A stretch of DNA of 64,000 bases from Eledone cirrhosa (lineage: Eukaryota): the NCBI GenBank assembly GCA_964016885.1, contig OZ024742.1:269886001-269950000 (forward strand), written 5' to 3'. Position numbers and translations under genes: made by a program. Below the pieces are notes generated by a model. That model worked only from the letters and a program-made list of their open reading frames with translations, was not told the DNA's origin and searched no databases. The first letter of the stretch is position 1, and every line of letters begins with the position of its first letter. Below, one piece after another: positions 41,330 to 56,000 of this stretch.

Positions 41330-41500
41330 TCGGTGGATTGCCAGTATCGGTAGAGGGTCGGACGCCATGCTTTCCAGCATAGTTACGTCCCTTTGCGGTC
41401 TGAGTTCAAATCCTGCCGAGGTTAACTTTGCATTTCATCCTTACGGGGTCGATAAAGTAAAGTACCAGTAATGTACTGGTGCCAAAAGTAGAAACAGTTA
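41330..41500 (+). mobile_element. SINE family A
   Basis: ggtggattgccagtatcggtagagggtcggacgccatg..gagttcaaatc..gtagaaac. Confidence 0.9.
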
Positions 41501-42554
41501 TTACCTAGAGTATTGTCAATATAATAGAAAATATTAACACCCTCCACCAATAAAAACGCGTATACCCAAATCTCAGATGTGCATTGTAATACACATATAG
41601 GCCACAAAAGAAATAAAACTAATAAATAATTACATTTCTTGCTTTCTTTATTTCGCTACATTCTGAGGTCTGAAAGCATGTAAATTAGTAGACTACAAAA
41701 ACATTTGTAGGTGTACATGCATAAATACCAAACCATGTTTCGATGAGTATATATATGCATAAACACATGTGTGCATGCATATATATGCGTTAGTGTGTTT
41801 TGGTATCTCTGTGTGTGCGTGTAAACAACAGGAACAGTTGATAATGTAGGAACAATATAGATAGAAAAAGAGAGAGAGAAAATCTGTGTATGCCGAGTAG
41901 AAAAAAAATGCACATGATACAAACGAAAATCAAGTCCGAAAATCTATTTAGGGAATTTTCGTCTCAAAGTTGTAACAACGAATAAGAGAAGCAACCAAAA
42001 TGTAAAATGAATACAGCTAGAGCTGATCTATTTTACTGGAGTAATTTAAAACAATGCCATGTGAGTGGTAGTTCTATATAATACTATTTAGTGAACGATA
42101 CGGTCTTGCTGAAATCTCTTCACCGAAGGATACTCACTCGACGTTTATATATATGTATGTATAGATAGATAAATAGATATATAATACTTCATTGTTACTG
42201 AGGAAGACGGAGTAATTGATCTCGAATACTGGGACTGTAAATAATTGGTGACGTCACCACTAATTGCTGTTCGATCATTCGATTTACTATGATCGATCAG
42301 CACTCAGAAACGTTCATAAAACAATGAAATACACTTAATCACTTTTTGACTTCTGTTTTGTTTTCATTTTATAAAAAAAACACATGTTTATGACTGCATT
42401 CTGAGTAAATTCGTCGATGACACTTCGTGCAACAGATGGCCACTACAAAACATAAGCCCTGATAACATTCCTTTAATGAATTAGCGTTACCTTCTAAAAT
42501 GCAGAGGATATAGAATACAAATTTATAATAGTAATAATAATAATACTAATAACA

Positions 42555-43185
42555 TGGTTCTCTTTATTAACCAGAAGGGTTGGCATACAGTATAACATGA
42601 GATCACTGGTTGACATGGTGATAACTCGTATAAACATAAAGCAAGATAAATGAAAAATAATAATAATGGTTTCTTTATTGTCCACAAGGGCTAACATGAA
42701 GAAACACATTATAGTCGGCACAGAACGTACAGGACGATACAAAGTGAGTTTTGGCCGAGCAAAAAGGTTATAACAAGATAGAAACATGTAAAAACAAATA
42801 AAAATTCAAACAACAAAAATTCCCCAATGGGGGGGGCTCCGAGTGTCACTCGGGCGAAAACCACACAAAAGACCACGGCCACCCTGCCCACCAGGGCAAG
42901 CGCCCTTTCTCAGTTTTCTCATTCCTCAGTCAACACGCGCATACTCAGAGGGGGGCCCATTCACTCGGACCAGATTCGCCACTTTCACCCACCTTTCAAC
43001 AAACTTGCTAAAAGACAGAACTTGCCACTCCACCCTGATTTTCCTCTTCAAATGAATTGGGCGGAGAGGAATGTGTCCGTCTTCAACCCTTTCAACCTTG
43101 TCCACCACACAATCTCTTTTGCCATGGCCACCATGCAGATGAAAACTGCCTGTCCTTCCTCCTCTTTAAAGGAGGATGGTGTGGC
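42555..43185 (-). mobile_element. Two Tx1/L1-like 3' ends (42555-42640 and 42658-43185), each ending AATAAAG then (ATT)n
   Basis: GQAVFICMVAMAKEIVWWTRLKGLK and HLKRKIRVE..ARV match the ORF2 end at 56200-56465. Confidence 0.9.
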
Positions 43186-45445
43186 TATGTACAGGACAGT
43201 ACAAATGGGCATTTCTGCGTGTAAATAAAAAACAAAGAAACTACAAAAATGAAACAAAACAAAATTCCACAATGGGGTAGACTTCAAGGTACACTCGTGG
43301 AGAAAGCCCATTGAAGAAGCCACGGTGTCCCTGACTAACAGGGAAAGTGCCCTCTCCCAGTTTTCCACGTTCAATTTACAGGCGCTTACTCAGAGCAGGC
43401 CTATTCACTTGGGCCATGTTTGCCTCTCTCACCCACCTTTGAAAATGATGCTGGGAAGATAGCACTTGTCTCTCCACCATGATTTTCCTTTTCAAATTTC
43501 ATTTGAAAAGGTTAATCAGGGCATTACCAAAGAGGTAAGTGCTCATCTTCAGGCCCTTTTTAAACAAGTCCACTACACAATCTCTTTCGCCGTGGCCACA
43601 AGACCATCCAATATGGCGATTTAACCTTAGTGCAGTCAGATATCACTTCCCGTATTTTACCGGCAGTTATCGGCTTTTCGTAATACCTCGTTGCGGTCGT
43701 CGACAGCCGCGGCTGTCAAATTATGCACCGAAGTTCATATTGCAATCCGGCCCACTGCTGCTCCCGAACAGTTGAGCAAAGTGCTGCTGAAAAGCCTCAC
43801 ACATCTGCTCGGTTCCGAGTAACATATGCCCGTTTTGGTCAAGCAAAGACTGAATTGTGGCTTTGTTGCCACGTTGCGCCTGCACCACCCGGGACAATTC
43901 GACGGCTTTCGTCCCGTTGTTTCTGAGAGCACGTGCTGTAGCTCTGACAACGCAACTCATGCTTTGCGTTGAAGAATTGGTCGAGTGCCCATTTCGCAGT
44001 AAGCATGTCCTTTGTGATCCCCTCCCTAAACGACTCTTCTAGCCTTCTAACAAGCTCTCCCTCTATTCTATTTTCCTCTGTCGCTACTCATTTGCCAAAT
44101 CTTATCAATTCTACTCTAATTTCCCTTTTCAGGGTGAACCAATACCTGTTTTGTAGATCGCACCCGTGAACGCAAGCTTAGCTAATTTCCTAATCCGGTC
44201 GCTGAAATTTTGCGCGCCTGGAATGACGCGTTAAACTTCCAGTAATCGGATTATTACCTATGACGTCTTTTGATGACGACTTCACAGATCACAAATTTGT
44301 GGTCCGTGCCTATTTAAATTGTGAACAACCTACACTCGCTTTATCTATTACCCTGCACAGTACCATATCTAGATACGATCTGGATGACTCGATGCGGTTT
44401 GTACATGTCCACATAGTCACATGTGTAGAATCCAGTGGAAACCTGTCAGACAGTTGAAAACGTTTGAGAAGTTTGGTGAGACTTTTACACAATCCTCCCC
44501 GACAAACTAGCCGCTTATAATCCCAGCATGCATCTAAGATACCGTTCCAGCTACCCACTAACATTCACTAATATTAAAGAGCTTGACGTTCCCAGAAAGG
44601 GATCTAGACGTCTGAGGAAATCTGTCATTCCTGCCCGTGTTGGGGCGTAGACGGCTACTAATCTGAAAGCATTTCCATCCCTGCCGGTCATGTCCAGAAC
44701 CACCGACTTACCTTCTGAGTCCAGGAAGATGGCCCGTATGGTGGGAACCAAGCGTCTCCGTAAAAGCACACCAATTCCCCCACGCCCCCTGGGAGATGCG
44801 TATACATTATAGCCGCTGAAAATGTGTGCGAATGCTCGTGCTTAGGAAAATCTGGTCTCGCTAATGGCCACCATGTCTGTGTATAGTGACCTGAGGTGGT
44901 TAAGTAGGCGGCACTGCTTCCAAGATGAACCCAGGCCACGTCCATGTACACTGCCTATTTTAAGTAAGGCCATGCTGGGTGAAGAACTGGGTAAGTGAGA
45001 AAGGATCACTTACCTTGATCGTGTGGGAAAGGGAAGGGTGAACCATCCCTTCGCCTGGTAAATGTGTAAATTCTATTGGTACGAGACCATCTGAAGTCTC
45101 CATCGCATTTGGGGAATTTTTGTTTTAACTGTTCATACTTTTCCAGTTCGATCTCGACAATGTTTATAACTTTTAGTAATGCTCTTGATGTTGGTGGGGT
45201 GTAGTAATTTTCGTCTGTAATGTTTGTGTGCTGATTTATGTTCCATGAGTTCTTTATTCGCCATGGTTATGGCTGTGTAATGTTTTTTTTATGGGGGGGA
45301 GGGGCGTTTTGTTGCTGTCTTCTTGTTGCTCTGTTGTGTGTGTATGCCTTCATGTGATTGTAGTGATGCTGGTTGTGGTGTGGTTGTTTTTTGGTGGCGT
45401 TACATGTGGTGGTGACGGTGATGGTGGTGTTGTTGCAGCCATTAC
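43185..45445 (-). mobile_element. Internally deleted Tx1/L1-like copy (ORF1 end, APE domain, 3' end)
   Basis: FRLVAVYAPT, WTCTNRIESSRSYLD, CVVRATARALR; 43185-43610 matches 56240-56660; the RT core is absent. Confidence 0.85.
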
Positions 45446-45449
45446 TCCT

Positions 45450-48400
45450 TGGTTGGGCCAATTTAAGCGTCACGACAGAGGTAATAGCAACAAAGGAAAA
45501 GAGAACATTAAAATATCGATGCATTTCAGCCGAATCTCGAAAAGCCGAGAATTCTTCTGAATTACAGGTAGAGGCAGCAATGACATGCATAGATAATAAT
45601 GACATAGACCATGCAAGAAGACAATTTGGTAAGACAATTTGGGAGTATCTTGGTTCTTTTTCAAAACTGTGGTCTTTGCTATGATGCATTCTGTGGTCCC
45701 ATGCAAAACGGACCAAATAAATTCGTACCCGTCCTACAAGGGGAGGAGACTAGTAAGGGTCTGTGTTCCCAGAATGCCACCAGGACTGGATTTATAGGGG
45801 CTCCTGGGATGCGTGGCGGTAGAGGGTCCTTACACCCTCTTAAATTCACAAAGAGAAAGAGAGAAAGCTGTGGTCTGGGACTGGTTTAGAGATTTTTCTC
45901 CAATAGGACCTGAAGACATAAAACACATACTGGATTACATCAAACTACCAGACTGGTACGAAATCCAGGTAGCCACGAAGATCAAATATAGGCATTGTTT
46001 CGTGTGTGGTTAAGCCACACGTCTGACAGACGTTTGCACCCAATTGAAAACAGCAGGGTCCCGCAAACCTCCGTTGCTGCCAACACTGGCGTGCAGCAAC
46101 AACAGAAAATGAAACAGCACCATTAAAAACAAAGACAATTAAATCCACCTAGGTTGTCGCTCAAACAAGCTCTGCCTCCCCGCCCCATTCAAACATAAAT
46201 ACACAGAGCAAAACATTCACACACATAAACACACACCCACTCCCCTCTGACACAGAGTCCCTAGACACCAGTTCCTCCACTTCTTCGAGGGAAGATGAGG
46301 GAAAACTCCCAAAACCTAAAAAGCAAAAAATAAAGCACGAAAATAAAAATAAAAATCCAGCTCCACATACACCAACAAGCACACAAAAGACACCCACAGC
46401 AACAACCAGCCCCACAACCGTCAACAACGCCGGTAAAAGCACAAGTCATCCCAAACAAAATAAAACACACACAGACACCACCACCAACAGACACAACAAA
46501 CTTCGTGTTACTAAGGAAGGCCAAAAAAACAATTCATGGCCCTTGTAACACGAAGTAAGGACATTGAGAAAGAGGGAGAGATTTTGGCACCTGCACCATC
46601 AAAGCGCCCCAAACTCTGCAATTGGTTCTGATGCTAATACATACTTACAAAATATTAGGCAGAGCTTTCCTTTTGTCGTGGTGACACCTAATGTAAAATC
46701 CACGAGAAGCTTCCTAAAGGGGTTCCCAATGGAATCCCCACCAGCCATAGGAATCAAGACTCCAAGAGGTAATTAAAACTTTCCTCTTTCTTTTAGCCTT
46801 CTAACATGGCCATATTAAGAGTAGGATCTTTAAATTTCCATGGCCTGGTGTCGCCCTGGAAGTAGGGTACCGGCTCAGCGAGCTCGGGTCTCTGGAAATT
46901 GATGTAATTGCCTACAGCAAGACCAGGGTTTCCGACACTCACGCAGGAGCTCCCATTTTCGACGACTGTCAGATCTTCGCACCTGTTAGTCAGCCGGGAA
47001 ATGGAGGTGGTGTGGCAGTGCTCTTTAGGAAAGCCATGGATCCCGAGGTATGGTCGATCTTCCGGGACCCGGACGGTAAGTTGGTGGTCCTGGACGTGAA
47101 CAATAACGAAGGTGATGCCTTTAGACTGGTGGCCGTCTACGCCCCTACCAGGGCTGGACGGCCGGGATTCTTTAGACGTGTGGAAGCCTTTCTGGATATG
47201 TCTCGCCCTTTACTGTTAGCGGAGGACTGGAGCGGCATTTTAGGCGCACACTTGGATTCTGTCGCAGTAGCCGATAGGAGCTGGGTGTGAAAAAGCCTCA
47301 AGTACCTGATCAGCCAGTTTCAACTCTCTGACAGGTACCGACTAGATTTTCCTAATGTGCCAGTGTTAACCTGGACAAACGGTTTAGGGACATCTAGATC
47401 GTACTTAGATAGCTTTCTAATTAGATTAGTTGATAACGATAGTATATGGTGTCCACAATTACATTCGGTCGACTATTCAGACCCCCAGGTTACGATCTGC
47501 TTAGTGGAAGCTGAATATGTCGTTTCCAGCACGTAAGGCTTAGAGGGAGGTGTCACAAATTTAGTGAAGCAAAAGTTGACAGGGGGAGTCATCAACAACA
47601 GATAGTGGGGGCTCTCCAAAGATAGATTAGAGTAATTTCGATCGGGTTCAGCAAAGATGTAGCTTTAGAGAAAAGAATGAAAGCAGGGGGCGGGGAGAGC
47701 TTGCAGCTAAATTAGACGAGGTTATTTGTAGTGGCATTGCAGCTGACGTGCTAGCGGTGAGAATGCCATTAGATAATTTCTTCAATGCGACACACGAAGG
47801 TTGCAATGTTAGAGCTAGGGCTCGTGCTCTGAGAACCGAGGGAACCAAAGTTGTTCGATTTGTCCGCGTGGCAGAGGCGCAGCGTGGTAATAGAAGCACA
47901 ATTCAGTCTTTGACGGACAAGACGGACACGAGCTGAACGGTTCCAGGCGAATGTGAGGCATTTCGCCAGCGCTTTGCTCGGTTGTTCGGGAGAGGCGGCG
48001 GGTCAGAGACGGTGGTGGACTTTAGTCCCTACCTCGATGGCTTGCCGCAACTCTCGACGGCCGACGCTGAACACTGCGAAAGGCCGATAACTTCAGTCGA
48101 GATTCAGGATGCTCTTGTTGGCTGCACGAGGTGCGAGTCACCAGGTTTGGATGGTCTTTCCAACGAGATTTACGTAAATGCGCCAGACGTGTTCTCCGAT
48201 CTCCTCGAAGCGCTCTACTGCAAGTGGCAGCAGAAAGGGAGTATTCCCAATTCTGTGAGCCGAGGGCTTAGTGACCCTGACAATGAAAGACGAGAACAAG
48301 AGGGTCACATTAGATAATTCAGTCCCATAACTCGGCTCAACATGGAGTTTAAGATTGTGTCGAAAGTGTTAGCGAAGAGTTTGGCGCTTGTCGAAGATTT

Positions 48401-49690
48401 GTTTGGTGAGGCGCAAACTTGCGCAATCGCGACTAGTTCTATACACGAAACCTCCACATCATGCGATATATCATAGAGAGAGTAGGATGTAAACCTGGCT
48501 TTGATGGGTCCCTGTCAATTTAGATAAATCAAAATCATCCGATAGGGCCTACCACCTGAACCTGGAAGCTGTCCTCAAAGCAGCTGGCTTCGTCCCCGTC
48601 TTCAGAAGCTGCATCGCTCAAATGCACAGTGGTCAAAGTTAATGGCCACCTCTCGGAACCATTTCATATCGCCCGATCGGGCCGTTAAGAGTGCCCTCTG
48701 TCATCCCTTCTGTATGTATTGACTCTCGAGCCTGTACTGCGGAAGCTGGAGCTGTTCCAGGGCATCCCGTTCGAACCATAATGCAGAAAGGCTGTGTTGG
48801 CTTATGCGGACAACATCACCGTGATGGTCGCGGATACCTCGGAAACCGAGATTGTTGGCACCTTATTGGAGGAATATGAAAGTTTGACGGGAGCAAAACT
48901 GAACCTGGGAAAGTCGATAGGCTTGCAGCTTGGCACCTGCAGAGGCAAATCCATGCGCCCAACAGCATCGTAATGCAGTGGACGGACGGTCCGTAAACTG
49001 CTCGGGGTTTGGTTCGGGACAAACCTCCGGCTTGATAAGGATTTGGACGAGGTGAAGGGCAGGGTCTCACCCAGAAATATGCTGCGAGGAAGCTATCACT
49101 GAAAGTTCGGACGGAGGTGGTGAACGCCATTGTCGCGTGTAGACTGGATCCGGGTATCGGCCGAGCCCATATTGAAGATCGAACCGACACCTTCTTATGG
49201 CCGGGAACAGTAGGCAATTTCCATCAATCTGATAATTGTAGCCAAAGAGGATGTGTATTGGACGTGACTGAAATGTCTTAATAATAACACTTTCATCTTC
49301 GGACAAGCCTTCGTAAGCTTTGCCAAGTTCTACTTCCAAATGAAGATGAGGATGGGGAGAGAAATACTACACCCAAATCATTTTTTAAAAGGTAGGTGAT
49401 TGGTGCGAGGGTGGCCAGTGTGAATGGGACCACTTTGAACATGCGCCTGTAGGCTTGAATGATGGAGGGCGAGAGGAGTACTCTCCTAGGGTGCGCTTGG
49501 AGATGAGGGTGCTTTGGGATTTCTGGTGTTCCTAACGTCATTCCAGGTTGGTATGCCCGCTTTTCGGGAATTTGTTGTTGATATTCTTTGTTAATTTTTT
49601 TGTTTATAATTTTTAATCGATTATATGTAAACCCCCACTGACCCCTGTCTTTGTATTGTCTTCTATGCTAGGCCCTTGTGGCCAATAATA
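45450..49690 (+). mobile_element. Decayed Tx1/L1-like LINE (ORF1 remnant, APE, RT)
   Basis: HCFVCG knuckle remnant, GKLVVLDV..FRLVAVYAPT, SPGLDGL, AYAD-like; ends cccttgtggccaataataa then (ATT)n. Confidence 0.88.
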
Positions 49691-49713
49691 AAAAAATATA
49701 TATTATTATTATT

Positions 49714-49897
49714 ATGGATTGGCAGTATCGGTGGAGAGTCGGACGCCATGCTTTGCGGCATAAAGTTACGCCTATTTATGGTCTGAGTTGAAATACCGAG
49801 GAGGTTATATTTGCCATTCATCCTTACGGGGTCGATAATATAAAATACCAGAAATGCACTGGGATAATTGCTGGCCTTGTGCCCAAAGTAGAAACAA
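49714..49897 (+). mobile_element. SINE family A inserted in (ATT)n
   Basis: Family A sequence with ATT repeats on both sides. Confidence 0.9.
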
Positions 49898-49934
49898 TTA
49901 TAATTATTATTATTATTGTTCTTTGATGTTTATT

Positions 49935-50657
49935 ATTGTCATTGATGTTATCTAACTGGAAAGTTTGTTTAAATGAATATCAAGCTGCTACCTGCAGCCT
50001 CAGATATTCAGGACGTATCGTACGGTTCTTGTTGTTCCCAGCATGCATGCCTTTTGAAGTGTTCCAAAGCACTAGACTAATCTTATTTAACCATAATTGG
50101 AAACTCTTTGAGATAGTACCTAGTGCGCCTATGACAATCGGGACGACCTTGATTTGATGGCAGTTCCAAGTACTTTTTAACTCCCACTTTAAATCCTGGT
50201 ATCGGTTAATTTTCTCCCTCTCCTTTTCTTGCACTCCCGTGTCGAATGGGCAGGCCACATCTACAATCAGGCACGATCTTTTTTCCTTGTCCAAAACCAC
50301 CAGGTCAGGCCTATTGTGTTCTAATTTCTTGTCCGTCTGTATCCCAAAATCCCACAGCACCTTCACCTGATCGTTTTCTATCACCGACTCTGGCTTATGC
50401 TCATACCACTTCTCAGAATGTGGTAAATTGTTTACTTCGCATAGGTGCCAGTGGATCACCCTGCCCATCATATCATGTCTCCAGCCTTTACAGTGAGTCT
50501 GTGCTAGGTGTTTACACTCGGATACAATGTGAGCCACGGTATCCTCTCTCTCCACAGATCCTACACAGTGTGCTAGTCTCCTCCTTGTCAATATGGTGTT
50601 TCACCCATTTCGTCTGAGGGCCTGCTCTTGCGCAGCCACTAGCATTCCTTCTGTAGC

Positions 50658-50660
<3 letters not shown>
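49935..50660 (-). mobile_element. R4/Dong-like non-LTR retrotransposon 3' fragment (CCHC + restriction-like endonuclease)
   Basis: DTVAHIVSEC..RHD..IHW, VLWDFGIQTDK..HNRPDLVVLDK..IVDVACP..EKINRY..VPIVIGALG; flanked by (TAA)n. Confidence 0.88.
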
Positions 50661-50694
<34 letters not shown>

Positions 50695-50908
50695 TAATGC
50701 TATGGTTGACGGAGGCTCGGCTCTGTAAGGTATTGTAAATTTTGACCGCTATAACAATTGTAAATTGTTTAAAACTTTAACCAACTTGTAGACAAAAACA
50801 CCCTCCTCCTCGTGAGAGGGGTCTTTCTGCCCGTTATTTGGCCCTTCGGGGTTAAATAACTGCTTATTGGGGTTTTGTGCCCAATATTTATTTTAAACAA
50901 AAAACAAC

Positions 50909-52968
50909 ATGGCTACGAAAAAGAATTTTCATAGGTCACTCCCACTCATTCCGTCTACTTCTTCCTCAATCGTCACTACAGCAGAGAGAAGATTGTCTCT
51001 CTCCCTCGCTTCTTTAAATGTGATTCTCTCCCTCCCTTCTGTTTCGCAAGCGACGACAGAAAAGAAAAGTCTCGTGCAAAGCGTGCAAGATTTCTCCACG
51101 ACGACGACGACAACGACGAAACAGGTGTGCGGGAAATACGAAAACCCATTTCATTCGTCTGACGTCAGGAATAATAGCAGTAGCAGCCGTAATAACAACA
51201 GCAACAGTGACAATGAAAACAACAGTAGCAGCAGCAACAACATCAGCAGCAGCATAAACAACAACAGCATTAGCAGCAGCAACAACAACAACAACCACAG
51301 CAACAGCGGTGGCGGCAGTAGTCGTAGTACCTGCAGCAACAACAAAAGTAACAGCAGCTCTGACGACAACAACAACAACAACAGCAGCAAAGAAAAAAAA
51401 ACAATCTCGTTTGCAGGTATCGCGAAGAACCTGGAAACCATCCTCATAACAAATGAGGAATTAGAGGAAGCGAAAAAGATGGTGACAAAAAATGGACACC
51501 GAGCAATCTGCAAGGCAGCGGAAAAAATTTTCGAAACCCAACAGCACTGTACGGTCACGTACCGTACAGTAAGTACAAAATCCCGTAGGGTTGAAAGAGC
51601 CACATAGGCTCAAATACAAAAAGCCTTGGGGTCTGTGTGGCAGCGCAAAACGCACATCACCCGAGGCAAGAAATATGCCACCGTAGACGTACTATTTGCC
51701 ACACCCCAGGAGGCAAAGGCTCAATCTGTAGTGACCCTAAGTAGCGAGGAAATGGTGTTGGTGCCCTCCTACTGCGGGCAAAAAATTGTGAGGGTCAACT
51801 GACCCACGCCCCCCCCCCCCCCCGGATGGCCCCTTCTTGGCTGGCCGCGTCTGTCTTCGTCGGAATCGAGGACAAAACAACTGTACTGCAAGTACAGAAA
51901 AAAGTAAGAGAAGATTGGGTCGGCACCTCTATTGAGATGTTAATCCAAACCAACCAGGAATGCATCGAAGCTATCCCGGATGTGATAGACTTCGATAACG
52001 GCACTCAACTGCCATAAGTGTTGAGGGCAAACGCCTGAAATGCTTTCGCTGTGGATCGAAGACACACCTCAGGGCCTTCTGCAACGAGAAGACCCTGAGA
52101 AAGGAGAAAAGACTCTCCTTCCGAAACCGGCTCCACAGCTACCAGTAACAGGCCAAGCGGCAACCAGGAACGATAGGTCCGTGGCACCCTACCCACGCCA
52201 CGGAAATCAAGAACAGCAGCAGCAGTGGAAGTATTAACAATACCAAATTCAGCTGCAACAGAGACGCCACTGCAAACATCACCACCAACAACAAGTGAAG
52301 GAGTGGAGCTGGTACCCCTCCCCGACCTCACAGAATCAGACATGGAGTGTGAGGTGGGAGAGGGAGGGCAAAGGGTCGTAAGAAGGCACAAACGTAGAAG
52401 CAGCGCATCGTCGCCTTCGAAAAGGGAGGAAAGAAATGAAAAAAGGGTAAAGGATACTGCAAAGAGACTCACAGCAGCAACACCACCAACACCATCACCA
52501 CCCACACTAGCACCACCATCACCACCGGCGACAACCCCACCGCCAACAACTACAACACCTTCAACACCACCACCACAAGCACCAACATCGCAAACACAAC
52601 AACAAAACACACACACCCAGCAACAACGACAAGAAAATAGCAGAACCACACCCCACCCCCAGAAAAACAAAGGCACAGCAATAAATACACACAACAAGAA
52701 ACTAATGACTTACATAATTGAACACACAGACATTTCACAACACGACTACATAATACCAGCACCAATCAAAACGCCAACTAACATAAGACTGCTAAAAATA
52801 GCACAGAAACACTACACAAACATTAAATCGAAATTCCCCAACGCTGTTGCTGATTTCAGAGACCTAGGAGGGACCCTCAATCGAAGAGTTTATTCGGACA
52901 TACTCATAGAAGAGCCGACAACCAGCCTAAGGGAGGATTCAACGTCCCTTCACCAGACGATCAAGTGA
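50909..52968 (+). pseudogene. LINE ORF1 (Asn/Ser-rich region, CX2CX4HX4C knuckle, Pro/Thr-rich region), interrupted
   Basis: CFRCGSKTHLRAFC at about 52040-52082; stop at 51605-51607, disruption at the poly-C near 51810 and a further stop near 52017. Confidence 0.8.
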
Positions 52969-53047
52969 AAAGGGATGTAAAAACCATCCCTCCTCTACGA
53001 AAAGTACGGTAAGTGGTCTTTCCCATCTTTTCCACTCTATTTTAAAC

Positions 53048-56000
53048 ATGACCTCACTCAGAATAGGCAGCATACATGCGCGTGGCTTGGGGTCGTCATG
53101 GAAGCAGGGCCACCTGCTCAACGACCACAGGTCACTAAACATAGATGTAGTGGCCATCAGCGAGACCAGAATCTCCGAAGCACGGGCCTTCGCACCGATC
53201 TTCGGCGGCTACGATGTGTACGCATCTCCCAGCAGTCCAGGATCGGGGGGAGGAGTTGTTGTTCTTTTTCGGAGAGGTTTGGATCTCGCCATACGGGCCA
53301 TCTTCCTGGACCCTAAGGGTAAGTTGGTGGTGCTGGACGTGACCAGCGGAGACGGGCAAGCTTTCAGGCTAGTGGCCGTCTATGCCCCGACAGGAGCAGG
53401 GCGGCCTGATTTCTTCCGGCGTCTGGAGACCTTTCTTGGAACGTCCCGCTCTTTAGTGTTAGTGGGCGACTGGAACGGGATCTTAGATGCACGCTGGGAT
53501 TGTGTGGGATTAGCGGATAGTGGTGGAGGGTGCAAGAGTCTCACCAACCTGCTCAGGCGTTTTGAACTGTCTGACAGATACCGAATGGATTTCCCGAATG
53601 TACCAGTGTGGACTTGGACAAATCGCATAGGGTCATCCAGATCATATCTAGATAGAGTATTTTGTAGGGAAATAGATAGGTCTAGCATAGGCTGTCCACA
53701 ATTCAAGATAGTAAGCTACACAGACCACAAAATTCGTGATCTGTGTGCTTGACTTAGATAGGCTTCATAGACGAGGATCCGGCTACTGGAAGCTAAACGC
53801 GTCCTTACCAGCTCGCAAGGTCTTCAGAGACCGGATTAGCGAACTAGTTAAGCGGGCGTTGACGGGGGCCATCGTCAACAACAAGTGGTGGTTTGCTCTG
53901 AAAAGAGCAATTAGAATAGAGTCCATTAGGTTTAGTAAGGCTTTAGCAATAGAGAAAAATAGAGCAGAGGGAGAATTAGTTAGAAAATTAGACGAGGCGC
54001 TTAGCAAAGGCATTGCGAACGACGTGCTTGCGGCGAAATTGGCCCTTGAACAATTCTTCAATGCAAAGCACGAAGGCTGCGTTGTCAGAGCTAGGGTGCG
54101 TGCTCTCAGACACGAGGGGACGAAAGCCGTTCAATGGGCCCGAGTGGCGGAGGCGCGTCGTGGCAACAAAGCCACGATCCGGTCTTTGGTGGACCACGAC
54201 GGGCGCATACTACTCGATCCCGGGCAAATGTGGGAAGCTTTTCAGCGACACTTCGCTCAACTGTTCGGGGGCAGTGGCGGACCGGATCGAGGGATGGACT
54301 TTAGTGTCTACCTCGACGGACTGCCACGGCTTTCGGCCACTGAGGCGGAGTGTTGCGAAAAGCCGATAACAACCGCTGAAGTACGGGAGGCAATGACTAG
54401 TTGCACAAGGGGTAAATCGCCTGGTTTGGATGGTCTGCCCTATGAACTTTACGTACAAATGCCAGACTTGTTCGGAGGCCTCTTGGCGGACGTCTACTGC
54501 AACTGCCAACAGAACGGGAGAATTCCCAGCTCAGTGAGCCGAGGAGCGGTGGCGCTGCTGAGAAAGGATCCGAACAAGGGGGATAACATAGATAATTTTA
54601 GGCCCATAACTCTGCTAAACACAGAGTTCAAGATTTTGGCCAAGGTGCTAGCAAAGAGGTTGGCGCTTGTCGTTGGTGGTCTGGTGGGGGAGGCACAAAC
54701 ATGCGCCATTCCCGACAGATCCATCCACAACAACCTCCACCTCATGCGATACATCGTAGAGAGGGTAGCTAGAGAACCTGGCACGGGTGGGTCTTTGATC
54801 AATTTAGATCAGTCGAAAGCCTTCGATAGGGTCGACCATCGTTACCTAGCGGCAGTCCTGAGGGCGGCTTGTTTTGGGCCCGTCTTCAGAGGCTGGATCG
54901 CTGCCATGCACAGCGACATCTGCTCTGTATTGAGAGTGAACGGTTACCTTTCGGAACCGTTCAACATCATGCCCTCGGTCCGCCAAGGATGTCCCCTCTC
55001 GTCCCTATTGTACGTATTGACTCTCGAGCTATTACTGCACAAACTAGAGACGTTGAGGGGGGTCCCGCGCGAACTAGGATGCGGAAGATCCGTGTCAGCA
55101 TTGCGGACGATGTCACCGTAGTGGTGTCGAACGCCAAACACATCGAGGCGATCGGCACTACACTAAGAGAATACGAAGCGGTGACAGAAGCAATGATCAA
55201 CCAGGATAAGACAGTGGGCCTGCAGCTCGGCACCTGGAGAGGCAGGTCCATGCCGTCCAACAGCGTCGTCGGGCGCTGGACGGACGGACCGGTTAAATTG
55301 CTAGGGGTCTGGTTCGGTCCAGACCTCCAGACGGACAAAAACTGGGACGAGGTGACGAGCAGGGTGGGTTTCTCACGGAGAAATGGGCGGAGAGGAAGCT
55401 ATCCCTGAAAGGTCGAGCGGAGGTGGCTAACGCGTACATCGCGTCCGTCATCTACTACCGCCTGACCATCGTACATTGTCCTAAGCCCCCCTGACTGCGC
55501 TGGAGCGTTTGCTCTTTCGCTTTTTGTGGAATGGACGCGCTCCGATGGTCAGGCGGTCCATCTGCTGTCAACACCCGCTAAGTGGAGGGCTGGGAATGCC
55601 GTGGCTGATGATGCGCAGACACGCGCTCAGGCTACGACATCTCCACCTCTTCCTCGACGGTGATCAGGTGTGGTCGCCGTTTGCTAGACACGTATTTCCC
55701 CAGCTCGTTTCCTTGACGGAGCTGCAGTCCTGGGTCAAGCGAAGACCGAGAGGGAGCGCCTGGAGATTGGAATGTCTTCAGGCGCTCACTGCCCTCGACC
55801 AATCGGGCAATGTGATCGGTGGAAACTCCACCTCGGCGTTCTATAGAGGATTAGTGGAGGGGAAGAGCGACGACGTACTTGGGGAAACTCAAGGCGTCGA
55901 CCAAAATCAATTAGACAATCCCTTCGGAAGAACTTTCGGGCCGGGACCTATGGACAACTTCCAGAAATCTCTGGCCTGGCAGTGCTACCAAGGAGCCTTG

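Noticed and set aside
42195-42242. CTGAGGA...GAAT HHR-like
   Set aside because: Core and stem III are defective
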